Below, piece by piece: positions 40,595 to 53,743 of a stretch of DNA of 64,000 bases. Each line of letters starts with the position of its first letter. Position 1 is the stretch's first letter. A program made the translations under genes and the position numbers. A model generated the notes under the pieces. The model was given only the letters and a program-made list of their open reading frames with translations, was not told where the DNA came from and did not search any database. Source of the stretch: Haliotis rufescens (taxonomy: Eukaryota); the NCBI RefSeq assembly GCF_023055435.1, contig NW_025964001.1, positions 43,276,001-43,340,000 of the forward strand. The letters are read 5' to 3'.

Positions 40595-43500
40595 ACCATG
40601 ATAACTGTAGACAACAAGTAACAGGCATCACATTCAATGAAAGCGAAGCCATTGAACATCCTCACGATGGCAGTATACATCCGGAAAGATCATTTTAGCT
40701 GATTTTTTTTTTTCATTTGATTTACAGATTGCGCTTTTATCAAGTAAGCATATTTCGTTGTCAAAAATTTGTATGATTCAAATGACACATAACTATTCAT
40801 AAACTATTCAGGAATTGCACTCACGAATCGATGTAGTGTCATGTCAGAGTCACGGCTCACAATTCAATAATAACAATGTCCAGTTCATTACATGAAATAC
40901 TTCTCTCTGTCTCTTTGACGTAATGTATCCTTGTGTCAGCAGTAAAAGAAAACAGTCCCATAGTTCAATAAGATGTGGAACTGTTTTCAAGATATCGTTT
41001 CAAGAATCACGAATTACTCTTTAGATAAACCAGGGTGAATTGGTAACAGAGTGTGGTTGTTTCATTCAAAATGGTTTCAGTTTCTTATCAACTGTACTAA
41101 GATGGAAGCAGTGTTGAGTATCAACATAAACTTTTGTTTAACGTAATTTTTGAAGCAGATTGTTGGTGCTCAAGTTATGTCAGAATGAAACTAAATCACT
41201 TCCTCCCCAAAAGCGATAAAATAGACTCTTCAAACGAAGTTCAAGAATTAGAAAAGTATTCGTAGCCTTAAACAACAAAAAGCCATGGCTTAAATGTGCG
41301 TTGTTCACAAAGGGACATAAATAAGATGAATTCTTCAGTTGAACAAGTTATGCCTGAGTTCACTTCATTTGAAAGTCATGGATATTATTACTCGGGCTTA
41401 CATTTACTCATGGCATAGAGAATGTGCACAAGGCAGATGCTGAAATATCATAACAAGATGAAACTTCTGAAGTGATAGAAATAGCACAGGGGTACTTGGA
41501 TAATGGTTCAACTGCATTTCAATAATAGATTGTATAGTTTGGTCAAAGGTGATAAAAAGCTTGACCTTAGTTGAGGTCAAAATCCAGTTGTAGAACAAAG
41601 GGATGACTTCAATGGAAATATGAAAAGCAACAAGTGGTATTTAAGGAGGTCATACCAAAGATGTTCAGAAATATAAGGAAGGGTATTCTGTAAAACAGTC
41701 AAAAGCATATGGAAAAATTTGGGGCTTGTGTTACACTGGTGATCAGTATGATATTTCTCATCGCACTGAAGGTAGGTTAGACAACACAGAAAACCAAAAA
41801 TCGCTGCTGGTAACGGTATTCGGAAACAACTGAAACGCGTTTAGATACCAGTATTTCAGTCTCCTTCAATTACAGTATACAGACTTCTTCAATTGTGACA
41901 GTATCATGTGAGGCCTTTAAAGTGACAACATGTGCTAATGTTTCTCCCCAGTACTGGAATTTAGAATAGGAACGTTCTGTTAAAACAACTTAGAAATAAA
42001 AGTTCACATATAAAAGTGGACTTAATCAACAATTGAGTGAGTGAGGTGGGTTTAACGTCGCTTTTAACATTATTCCAGTCATATCACGGCGTGTCCGCTT
42101 AATGTGAGAGGAAAGCCTGAAGTGATGCAGGTCTCGGACATTTACCACTTCGGTGAAACCCACGAGCACGGGTATGGTGCTGACAAACCTAAAAACATAA
42201 TCCAAATAGGTAGGTAAACCTGTTAGAATAGTAAATAGTGTAGATATTGGTGAATCTCCCAATTACTGTTTACTGTGACATACACAGTAAGAGCATACAG
42301 GAAATTGCTATTATAAGAAAAGATCAAACAAATAGCTGATACAAGTACTTCATCTTTCATAGGCATCAGTTACCGTGTCCTGTCTTGCATCGGTCTGGTA
42401 CTCACTCTGAACTTCAGCAGGAGCCAACCTCGACATGATAGCTCGCACTGCCGGCAACAGGGGAGCGACAATACCGCAGGGAAAAAACAACTGCAAACAA
42501 AATAAATGAGTTTATGGTATATGTGGCAAATATATGATTTTGTTTCCCTTTTCTTGAAAATCTTCAAACTAAAAGTTACTTAAAATTTTGATTAACGTGT
42601 TACAGCCTGGAGTGAATATGCATTGAAGTTGTCATCATGTTATTCTTTAAGATGTATCCATTCCTCCATTATAACAGTGCCTTCTCTACCTTATTCTTCA
42701 ACAGATAATGTCCATTATGACTAACCTGTTAAAGGCATGAAGTCAGTGTTGGCCAGGCCTTGTAGGACATAGGCTCCTGCCTGTATGATAGATGTTATGA
42801 TACATATTCATGTGTCTGAGGTATATAGATTCCTAAGAATTGCCTCGTAAGGGACAACGCCAAATTGTAGTAGCCGATGAGTTCAGACTCCAACAGAAGG
42901 ACAGGTTCAGTTGGAAAAGATATTCTATAATGGAAACACCATCTCCACTAAATATATTTCAAAATATGGTGCATTTGAGAACCAGAAAAGGATCGCTTTC
43001 GTCCGCAATCTTTCGAAAAGTAGCATCCAAAGCCATTTTTACCGCTTTTACTGGTTTTGGGTTTCGACATCTTCGATCCGTGATGATACTTTTTTGGAGA
43101 AGACAAACGACAATGGGTGGAGGGATAAGCATGTAGCAGTGACGGCGGGGTAGAGATAACCCAGATTCCTAATGAAATATCCAATACTGGCTGAAGAAGC
43201 TGCAGCAGCTAGGTGGGTGGTGAAGTCTATCAGCACAATGCCTTTTGTGCAGGAGTTCTGGGTGGTGTATTGTCAGCCGTGTAGACATAACTAGCCATCA
43301 TCACACCATCGTACCGTCCTGATAAACCATTTATGACTTCTCCTATATTGAAGCATCTCAGGCCTTGTTTTCAGCAAATAATGTCATCTTCATATACATG
43401 TATTTCAGGAACTCATCGATTAAAGGATCCATAAAAAGACATTTTCGACCAAGAAAATCAGAATATGATCCAAGAAACATACATCTAGAAACGGGCTTGA

Positions 43501-43781
43501 TGTAGCTGTTAGTTAAGTCCGAATGTTTTATGTCCTGTCTTGTACCTGTTCCCGTAATATATATCCTGGATCCGACTCATTAACATAACACTTTAGGATA
43601 TGGACTGTGATGTCACTGAACACCTCCTCAGCGTACCTCTTGATAAGATATTGCGTTAATAATGGATCCTGGATATTGACAGAAAAATGGAAAATAAGGA
43701 ACACGACGTTAGCCTTGAATAAATTCCCCAGTTTAGACTTCCTTCTTTGTCTTTGTTTTCTGGTAACAATGTGGTCGCCGT
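40595..43781 (-). pseudogene. SLC46 pseudogene psi2 (B-like lineage); exon 1 ~42726-43781, exon 2 42406-42490, exon 3 remnant 40595-~40680
   Basis: Start codon changed to ACG, in-frame TAA after QVQDRT, several frameshifts in exon 1, an 85-bp (+1) exon 2, and the 5' half of exon 3 lost (remnant MYTAIVRMFNGFAFIECDACYLLSTVIMV). Confidence 0.9.
42034..42203 (-). mobile_element. SINE family 2, 3' half
   Basis: Matches the 3' half of 52105-52389. Confidence 0.75.
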
Positions 43782-44690
43782 TCTCGTTAACGATGATTTG
43801 ACCAGCGTTCACAAGGCTGACCGTACCCTTGCTAAGGATTTATCTGAGGTCGTGAATTTTAAACCCTGTAGGCACGTGACTTAGTGACCTCGTTTACTTG
43901 TGATGTACGCGAGATAACACAATGGAGCTGTAATATACAACGTGCGACATTTAAATAACTAGGGCCCAAAAAGCTTATTAAATGTGGGCTACATAATTGC
44001 ATATCAGGTTCATTCGCATACAGAATGACACAGTTTTCGTCAGAGACTATATAAGTAAGACGCAACCAGGTTTGTTTTAAAAAATCGATTCATTGGAGAA
44101 AATACTGGACTGAATTACTGTGAATCATATCAGTACCTGGACTTGTATTAACGGTGAAAAAGCGTGGGGAATAATCGAAAATAAATTTGAAGCTTTGTAT
44201 TGTGAACTTATTTTCAAAGTTTAGGTAATACGTTTAGTTAAAGGTAGATGCAGTGCTATGAATAATATGTGACACAACTCAATTTTACTTAATCTGCGTC
44301 GTGACTGTGGACAAGGTGACCCAATATCACCACACCGATTTCGCATACACATGTATGTGCCGGACGATTACATATGAACATATGAAGGCCTTGGCTATAC
44401 GGTGTTGTATATTGTGTTTTCCATTATGCGACGATACCATTTTTACATTTTGAAAAGGGTTTATCAGAAACTTGTTTATATTAAACCTTTTTGGTACTAC
44501 TTTCGATTGATTCATTTATTCACTCATTCATAATTTGATGACAGATGCAAACAAGTATGGATACCTTATAATGTAGGTTTATTCAATAAAACAAAAAGGT
44601 GTACATGACGCTTTTGCATGGTGTCGGTGTAGCAAGCATACTAAGGCTGTTTATATCCGTGCCTAATTCCATGCATGCGTGCAGTGCTAT

Positions 44691-47315
44691 TCACATTTCA
44701 GTGCTCTGTGCTAGGTTGCTTTGGGAAGTTGGTTGACGCCATTCCGTGTCTTGTATTGTCACAGTGTCATCGTGTTCAATACGTCTGTTATGCTTATATG
44801 TCAAACAAGCAAATAACCTGAAAGAAAAGACAAAACTAATATATTAATCTCAGTATTCAGGAGTCTGTCATACCACATTGGAGTCTTATTTCGCAACATA
44901 CACATTTATGTTTAGCGTCGCTTTGAACATTATATCAGTGATATCACTGTGTGGTATCTTAATATGGGCTTCATGACCTTCGTGACCAGGTCATGGACGT
45001 TTTAACAGTAAGCACGATTATGGTACTAACCAAGGATCATAATCGCGGCGAATCTGAGATTGGATTACATGATCATCGGATCCTGGCATGGCAAATGGAC
45101 GGTATTATTCAAAGTGAACTATAGAAAACTGGGCAACCACGCTATTTTCTAACGCAAATAAAAACAACAATTGGGTAACATACTCACACCAAGAGCATAA
45201 AGGCAACCACATGTGTTCCAGCGAAGACAAGGAAGATAAAGCCTCGCATGAAGTTCACAGTGGCCTCGTAGATGTAAGCAAACGAAGGGATGAACATCAG
45301 CCCCCCCACCTTATCAGCGAGGGTCAGACTCGTAAAGAGAGATCCTGAAATACACTTTTGTTCATTCAAGATCCACTTTGGGATCTTCCTGCCTATTTCT
45401 ATGTTCAAACACAAAAATACTTCTCTTTCTGTAAACACCAACGCACGACATAACCTTGACATCATCATATAACCCACACTCCGAGAAATAATGTTGGAAA
45501 TAACTGTATAATAAGTGTTTATAAATATAATTGTATTAAATTATTGTGTATATTATATATTGTTATGTACTTGTTGCAGAAGTGTTATAGAGTTTATACA
45601 TTATTGATGACATCAAATAGAAAAGTACTGTTTATATATCGCAGCATTTAAATGACAATACATCTATAGGTGGTACATGACTAAATTTGTTGTATGGAAC
45701 CATTCATTAACTCTGCATCCCCCGATCTACGTCCCAGTTGCAGACTTGGTGTGGAAGGAAAACTTGCAAAAGGCACCCTATGCAAATTTAAGCAATGATG
45801 TGTGCTGAATGTGTTGGATGTACACTGCCATATAACATATCATCAGGGTCTGGCAGTGACATAGAATTTTCACGAACCTTCTCTCCTGGTACGTACTAAA
45901 TGACCGCAGTTGACTCACGAATCTCCTCGGTAATGCATCCTCCAATGACAGTATTCAGGATAGAAAATGTTGAACGCAGCACATACCTTGACTGTCTTTC
46001 GGGGCCATTCTGGACATGATTGCTCTGATGACAGGTACGGCAGCAAAAGAGAGAGCTCCCGCCATTGCATCTGAAATATAAAAAGGTTAATTCAAATAGC
46101 GAAGTTAAGAAAAAAATGAAAAAGTTTTTAAAAAGCATGGCGTCTTCTTTTATCCGTCTTAAACATTTGAAAATGTGAAATATGTTATATCTTACATCCA
46201 TACATCATCCAGTCTGTTGTTGCAAAGCCATGGAGAAGGTCCGCGACTATGAAGGTAAAGGCACTGAAGACACCAATGACCTCGTCTCCTATGCAGTAGT
46301 GCAGGAGCTTGATCAGCGGCACACCTAAGAGCTGCTTGGCCATTGTTGATGCCATAGTGAAGTAGCCTATCCTTTCCGGCGTCCAGCAGAACGGCAGGTT
46401 CATCATGAATAACGTGTTTATGTTGATTACCGCATTAGCACTGATTTGGGAGAAGAAGTAGCACATGAGACCCAACCAGAACAGGCTCCGTACCCGACAG
46501 GTGTTGTCAAACAGGTACAACCCTACCACGTTTCTTATCCCCTGAGTCAGGTTCACCTTTGATTTGTTGGTCTTTTTGAGGGAATGCTTACTTTCCCGTA
46601 TGAAAAAGACGACAACAAGAATGAGCACCCACATGATGAGAGCAGACACGAGAGATGGGTAGAAATACCCCATATCCTGTATGAAGTATCCTGTGGCAGC
46701 ACTGGTACCTGCATAAGCAATGCTGCTCGTTGTGTCTATGACTGCTATAGCTAATGTCCGAGACTTACGGGGTGGTGTGTTGTCTGCGGCATAAGCATAA
46801 CTAGCCAGGAGTATACCGCTGTTGGTACTACCCAGTCCACACAGAACTTCCCCGATGTAGTACCAGTTTAGATCCAGCTCCCAATGAATGATGGCAGTTA
46901 GCATGGCGCTCCTCACCATGTCACCAATGGCTGGCAAAATGAACACGACCTTCCTGCCGAAATAATCAGAATACGATCCAAGAACTAGAGAACCGACTAA
47001 TGCTGCGGCTGTATTGACGAGGGAAAAGTACATCTGTTGGCTTGTTGTGGCTTTCTGGGCCATTTCCTGAAGAATGTATCCTTCGGATGTTTTGTTGCTG
47101 TAGCAGGTCACGTTGGCTGGGCTGACACTGTCCCCTGAGTAGTTGCCGAAGACTTCCAACGACAACCTCTTATAGAGGTACTGATCGAGTGTCGGGGCAT
47201 GAAAGGCTGACGCTACGTGGTACAGAACTGCTACAATGTTTCCCATCACCAAGTTCCTGATATTAAGGAGAGATTCCCCCTCCTTGGGTTTTTGTAGGAG
47301 TGGTTTCTTCTCCAT
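44691..47315 (-). CDS. SLC46A-like: SLC46-family transporter copy E (~495 aa); exons 46196-47315, 45987-46070, 45188-45344, 44691-44817
   Basis: Canonical splice sites. GSYSDYFGRK and NLPFCWTPERIGY motifs; exon 2 YAMAGALSFAAVPVIRAIMSRMAPKDSQG; exon 4 LFACLTYKHNRR...QSTEM*. Confidence 0.92.
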
Positions 47316-47469
47316 TGTTGTGGTAGCAGTAGTGAATATAGTTCATGTGAGATGTAAATGTATTAGACTGCTAACATGACACACACATAAACTATGCCGC
47401 ATTGATAACCATGTGTCGCGTGACGAAATCCTGCAGATAATCATGTGAAAGCGCCTCCATAATCTAGAA

Positions 47470-48072
47470 GATCGAGCGTTTAACCGGAGGGCGGAATAGG
47501 GTCGGTGGTCCGATCACCTGGCTACGTCATACCTGAAAAGGTTGAAAGGTGGTACTTGCAGCCCTACCTTGCATTCGGCATTAAGGAGATATAGCAAGAT
47601 CTGGTCGGCTCGGAGACAGTATTTTGGTGTGGGTATGCATGTTAAACTGGTCATGTTATCTCGGTGAGCCAGCACTATAAAACCAATAAAATGCCTCACT
47701 GGTACAAGTAGCAAAAGGCACATGCATGTTGGTCCTAAGTGTAGGGGGGAGGGGGCAAGGGTAGCCCAGTTGTCTAAGGCGCCGCGATTCGCTGTGCAGA
47801 GTTGCGTCCCTTGGGCAGGTCAGAAACCTATGACTGTGGGTTCGTATCCGGTTCGCCCCGATTATGTTTCTAGGTTTGCCAGCACTATACCCGTGCTCGT
47901 GGGTTTCACCGAAGTGGTAAACGTCTGAGACCTGTATCATTTGGGGCTTTCCTCCCACATTAAGCTGACACGCCGTGATATAACTGGAATAATGTTAAAA
48001 GCGGCGTTAAACCCAACTCACTCACTCACACTCAGCTAAGTGTAAGAATCTTGAACGAGACGTTAAACCCTA
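47470..48072 (+). mobile_element. V-domain/RUDI-like SINE with a nested family-2 SINE (~47745-48035)
   Basis: V-domain-like GTCATACC...GGTGGTACTTGC...GCATTAAGG. The nested SINE is flanked by TSD ctaagtgta, and the host tail resumes as GACGTTAAACCC. Confidence 0.7.
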
Positions 48073-49699
48073 TTCGAGACGTTACACTCCTCTTGTGCAG
48101 AAACAGGTACATTCATACATTATGTGTGTGTTTCATACACACGCCATCAACCAGTGGTGGGTGGTTAAAGATCACTCGTTATGATACATGGCCCTGCGTC
48201 TGTCGTGACCATCAGATATTGTGCGTTTTCACAACATAACTATGCTATTTATCTATTTACAATAATTTCCAGTTGGGCATTTGTAGGGACGCCAAGCATG
48301 TAAACGTGATGTCTCATATCTCAGAATGCCCTTGGATAATCACTGCATCATACCTCAACCTACAAGCACGGTGGGAGATACTGTTTCACATAGTTGAAAA
48401 CATTCTCAAGCCTTTCTCGAAATCATGGGCCCTGTTCCACACAACACACACCACGTAAACAGTGAAATGATATACCCTACCCCCCAATTATTACAGGTAT
48501 GATTAGGGGTAGAAGTTTTCAGATTATCTGACAAAGACTGTAAATTATCCCAATAACGTCACACAGCTGCCTAGGAGGGTGTCATGGTAATCATAGTTTC
48601 AGATCATCCGATTATTTCATAAAATTTCTTTGAAGTTATATTTATTGTGTATTTTTAACCGAATCACCGGTAGGTGGGTAGAAAATGTGTATACAACTGA
48701 TTGCTATTTCCGGCTTAGTTTACGAGAAAATACACACGGTAATTCTTATTTCTGCATATAAAACAATGCCTAGAAGAAGAGATGCAATTTAAATGGTAAA
48801 TAATCATGTTTAGTGATAATGTTTCTAAATTCCACATTTGCATTGATCAAGTTTGTTATCACCTGATCCTTGACCTGAATTCTCTGAATGGATACTATGT
48901 AGTTTATCATTGTACATAATATTATGTTGACAGAGAGCTGCGCCTTTTCAAGTCATACATGATGCATTAATCAACAACAAAACACGTATCAGTTGGGCTG
49001 CACCTCTTTATTGTAAACCTTTGTTATTATATACGGCTTCTCATTATTTGATGTTCCAGTCGAAACAATCGAAATTATAGTCCTTAATACGCACATTTTA
49101 AATCCGCGAAGAAAAAGCCCATCCATATTTCAATACTTTCAAACTTGGAGTGTTGTTTCCCTTTAACATTACCCAGTGCTTGGGTAAAATAGGTAGAGAG
49201 CAGTTATGTATCTCCATTTGACGATGTGGATAGTTGATAACCCTATCAATGTCCCCGCCAGCATGTAAACATGGACTGCACTTTGGATTAAGAATCGGCC
49301 AGGTGAAGCAATTTTACTGGTCAAGAGTTTTACCAGCTGAGTTCAACACAGGCCACAACAAATATTGCCAATAATGTATAGAGGTTATCACGCGAGTATC
49401 ATGCATTATGAATAAAACTTGTAATGAGAGAGCATCGGTAAGGTAAATGCATATATTGTGTTTGTTCCCTTATACAGGATATTTACCATCCCAAAACCCA
49501 CAAGCGTTATACGTTCTTTATCGCATATAATGTAATTCTTAATTTTTAGCCCTACAAACGGTTCCTAGTTGCAACATTGCAAGTTTTCTTGGCATGTGCG
49601 ATTAATATATTGCGTCCAAAGGTCGGTGCTTAATCACCAGTGTGTGTTTGCGCGTGCGTATGTGCGTGTGTTTGCGCGCACCAACAGAATTACTTAGTC

Positions 49700-52600
49700 G
49701 AAGCAGGAACGTCTAGTTACGACAATAGGCGCAACACATTATATGCTAGGTATTAGCTGAAAGTATCACAAAAAGAACAAACAGGTCGAACTATGCATCT
49801 ATTTTTTTATGTCTATGGTTAATCATCGGAATATACTTTTCTCTAAGATGTTCAAACTTATCACATATTAATAAAACATCAAATTCATCGTGAATTTCCC
49901 CTAATTGGCAATTTTTACAAATACCCATTTCAAAGTCCCTTTTTTCATATCTACGTCAAAAAGTTAAGCTGAAATTGCGAAATGACACTCTGAATTTACA
50001 TAATGCCCTGACAACCGATTTATCATCCAACATACTTATATACTTCTCTTGTTCTGATACCTTGTTATGGCTAAAGATATTATACTATCGTGCCAGTTTT
50101 GACTATACATATCCTGTAACCTTTGTTTAAAAGAGTATAAGAACGAATTTGTATCCCCTACATCTTGGGATATCTACACAAATTAATAGCCACATGAAAA
50201 TAATAAATATCTGACACTGGGCACCCATTTCGTTTTGCCTTTGTCATCGAGAGCTTTCAGTAGTTTATAACATTGGTAAGGATATCTTTGCGGCTCAATC
50301 CTCAGTGATGTTAACCAATATTTTGTCTATCGAAGTTGACTTAATACATGAATGGGATGACGTCCTGTTTCACCTAAAATAGATTTGCTGGAAGCATATT
50401 TTCCAACCATTAAAAAGCGCTTAAAGTAGGAAGCATTTACTTTTTCAAAAGCGTCATTATATTTTGCGCCCTATGTTTCTGCTCCATATAGCAAGATTGG
50501 CCCGATTTTGCCGTTAAATATAGTAAAAGCTGTAGAAAAGGATACATGTATAATTTGGTATTAAAATAAATATTGGCATAATTGCTTTTGATGCTTGCGA
50601 TGCTAGTTGTTTGCACGCAACTGACCATGATAGTTTAGATGATAGCGCCAAGCCTAAATATTTAGAATAAGTAACAATATTTACTAGGCGAAATCATTAT
50701 ATGTCCATTTTTCATTTTTGGCAATGATGCCTCCATTTCTAAAAGAAATCACATATGTTTTTGATAAATTAACTTCATATCCCCATCCACTGCAAAATGA
50801 ATATAACAAATTTAATTGTTTCTGTAAATCATTAACAGAATATGAAAACATTACAATATCATCAGCAACTAGAAGTAACATCTCTAATATCTTGTGTGAC
50901 AAACACACCATGATGACATGCGTTATATATTTCTGTCACGAGCTCATTAGAGAAAAACACACAACAAAACGGGACTAAATATACATCCCTGGCGTACACC
51001 ACTAGATGTTAGGAAGCACTGTGTTCTACCAGATTGTGTTTTCATGCAAGCCTTTACCAGTGAATACATATCTCTATCTACATAATCGAAAGGTTTTTTT
51101 TAAATCTACAAATGCACAATAAAAGCGACTCCTAAGTTTACATAAATATTCTGAACCTAAAGCTAGCAATATAAATAGATTGTCAACCGTTGGATAGTTT
51201 GGGCGAAAACCAGCCTGAGATTCAGATAGAAGATTATTCACATCCAACCAAACTTAGACGCTTTTATGTAATAAAAGTAAACACCTTTCCCCTTACATTT
51301 AAAACAGAAATACCCCTGTAATTACTAGGCTCAGACCTTGTACCCGATTTGTACAATGGCAATATCATACCAACGTTCCCCGACTCCGGATACACTCCAG
51401 TATTCATAATTTTATTAAATAATAATTTTAGATACGGTATCAGAATTTTGCCTGATAACCTATAACATTCAGCTGGTATTCCATCTTCACCGGCAGATTT
51501 TCCATCTTTCAGATTTTGTCAAGCACACTCAATGTCTTTCTCTGATATTTCACCTGATAATAGATCATCTGTAAATGGTTACTCGTTGCAGTCTTCACGT
51601 GAATGGGAATTTACAAACTGCGTTACATAACAATGAAAGGGTTTGGCTTCCAAGTTATTAAATGCAGGGTTAAGTAGGTCTTTAATATGAGTGAATAAGA
51701 TATCTGGTGATAAGGAGTAACTAGAGGTATTACCTCGTATCGCCCTTTTTAATGAATTCCAGAAATGTTTACAGTCTCCATGTTTAGTTGCCAACTTTAA
51801 ATCACCACACAGTTTTGCATCGTTCTTCGTCTTTTTAAGCATTTCTTGTACTCAGATATCGCATTGAGATAAAGGTGTAAATTGACATCACATTTATATG
51901 TTCTAAACTTGTTCCGCAACCTATATTTTCTAGATTTTAGATTAGTACACTCTATATCAAACCAGGGCGGTTGTTGCTTATCGTGCTTTGTAGCTACTTG
52001 GACATATGCTCCTGCATTTCTACCACAATAAATTAAAATATCGCTAAATTTCAACAGTATCAACATTATGTTTTAATGATATAGAAAATTCATCAAACAT
52101 TCCTCTGGCACGGGTGGCCCAGTCGTCTAAGGCGCCGCGATTCGCTGTGCAGAGTTGCGTCCCCTTGGGCACGCCAGAAACCTATGATTGTGGGTTCGAA
52201 TCCCGGTTCGCCCCGATTATGTTTCTAGGTTTGTCAGCACCATACCCGTGCTCGTGGGTTTCACCGAAGTGGTAAACGTCTGAGACCTGCATCACTTCAG
52301 GCTTTCCTCCCACATAATAGCTGACACGCCGCGATATAACTGGAATACTGTTAAAAGCGGCGTTAAACCTAACTCACTCACTCACTTACTCAAACATTCC
52401 TTAACTCGCAGTGCTGCATAAATATTTTTCATACGAAGTAATCTTATCTTCAGGGAGTCTGTATCCAACTGTATGATTTATTAACAAATGAGTAGTGTCA
52501 AGCCTCTTATTGGGTTGACAGGCTGAAGAGTACATCTGATTGGCAAATGGTCTGACTCAGTTTGCTGAAGAACCGACACATCTATTGTATTTGTGAAAAT

Positions 52601-52780
52601 ATATGGGGAAATAATAAAATAGTCAACAACGCTGCATCCAGAATGTGATACATAAGTAAAATTGCCTATGAAACCTGATTTAAATCTTCCATTAACTATA
52701 TGGAAACCAAGTATCTTACACATATCTAATAATTCTAAACCATAGTTGGTTATGCCTTTATCTAGAGATTGGGTTTTAGT
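49700..52780 (-). mobile_element. Decayed CR1/L2-group LINE ORF2 (endonuclease + RT)
   Basis: IVNGRF..FTYVSHSGCSVVDYF, ESDHLPI, PWFDIEC, GVRQG, LLVADDIVMF and KTYVISFRNGG motifs with many stops. Confidence 0.85.
52105..52389 (+). mobile_element. SINE family 2, full length and young
   Basis: A box TGGCCCAGTCG, B box GGTTCGAATCC, (ACTC)n tail, 12-bp TSD tcaaacattcct. Confidence 0.9.
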
Positions 52781-53743
52781 GTGATATATGATGGAACTGC
52801 TGCTTCAGATATTCCGCCCATAAACACATTGTGCTGTTCTATAGTAAGTGACTTGGAACTATTTTTATGTAGCAGTGGCAGCTGTATTAGTAGTATAGAT
52901 CGCTGCTGGACCAGAAAATCCAGTGATTGACATCATGCGCATCGATCCAAGCAAATGGGATACGATATAATGCGTCAACCAAGACAGCAAGATCCCGAGT
53001 AAGTTAATGTCGTATTGACCCTCATAATAGTTTCTTACCTAAAGGGCGATAAGGCGCTAACGCGATAATGCGATAACGCGAAATCATTCAAAATGTCTCT
53101 TTGTCTTGCCTTAGTTAATTTTATCATTGTCTGCTTGATTTGTTATGCCAACAAAGCGACAGTTCCATATCTATTATTCCATCTATTACTGCACACTTTA
53201 GGAGAAACCCCTTCAAGAAAGTATAGGGAAACAGCTTGAACCTGTAAATTACTGATTTGTAATGAATCTAATAAAACGTAAAACACATAAACTCAATCTG
53301 AACTGTGGGGCAAAAGAAAGTATACACCCATGTTTGATGGTGTCTAAAATTGATAACCCCCAAGAAATGGTTATTAGATGGTGATGTATTTCATTCGGGT
53401 GTCAGAGTTGTGTTTTGCATGTTCAGTGTTTCGGCAACTGTTTTCAGCCAAGTAACGTTCGTGATGTTTTGTTGGAAACTAAATTGTAAATCTGCAGCAT
53501 GTAAGGCTAAATCACGACACAGTGCCTTTTGTTCTCAACACTGAAAGGCCACAGGCTCTTGGTACATGTTTTACGCTGAATATGCGGAGAGGCTGTACAC
53601 TCAAATGAATTTTTAATTGACATGGCATGATAAATATACATGTACGTTTCGAACAGTATTTGTATTGATTGATTTCATCAAAGAAACACATTTATCTGTT
53701 TTTGGATGAACGAAATCAGAGTCACTGTCTTTCTGTAACAACG

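Noticed and set aside
40700-41900. Possible env-like or other coding relic replacing the 5' half of psi2 exon 3
   Set aside because: Only a vague coding-like texture, with no motif I can name with confidence.
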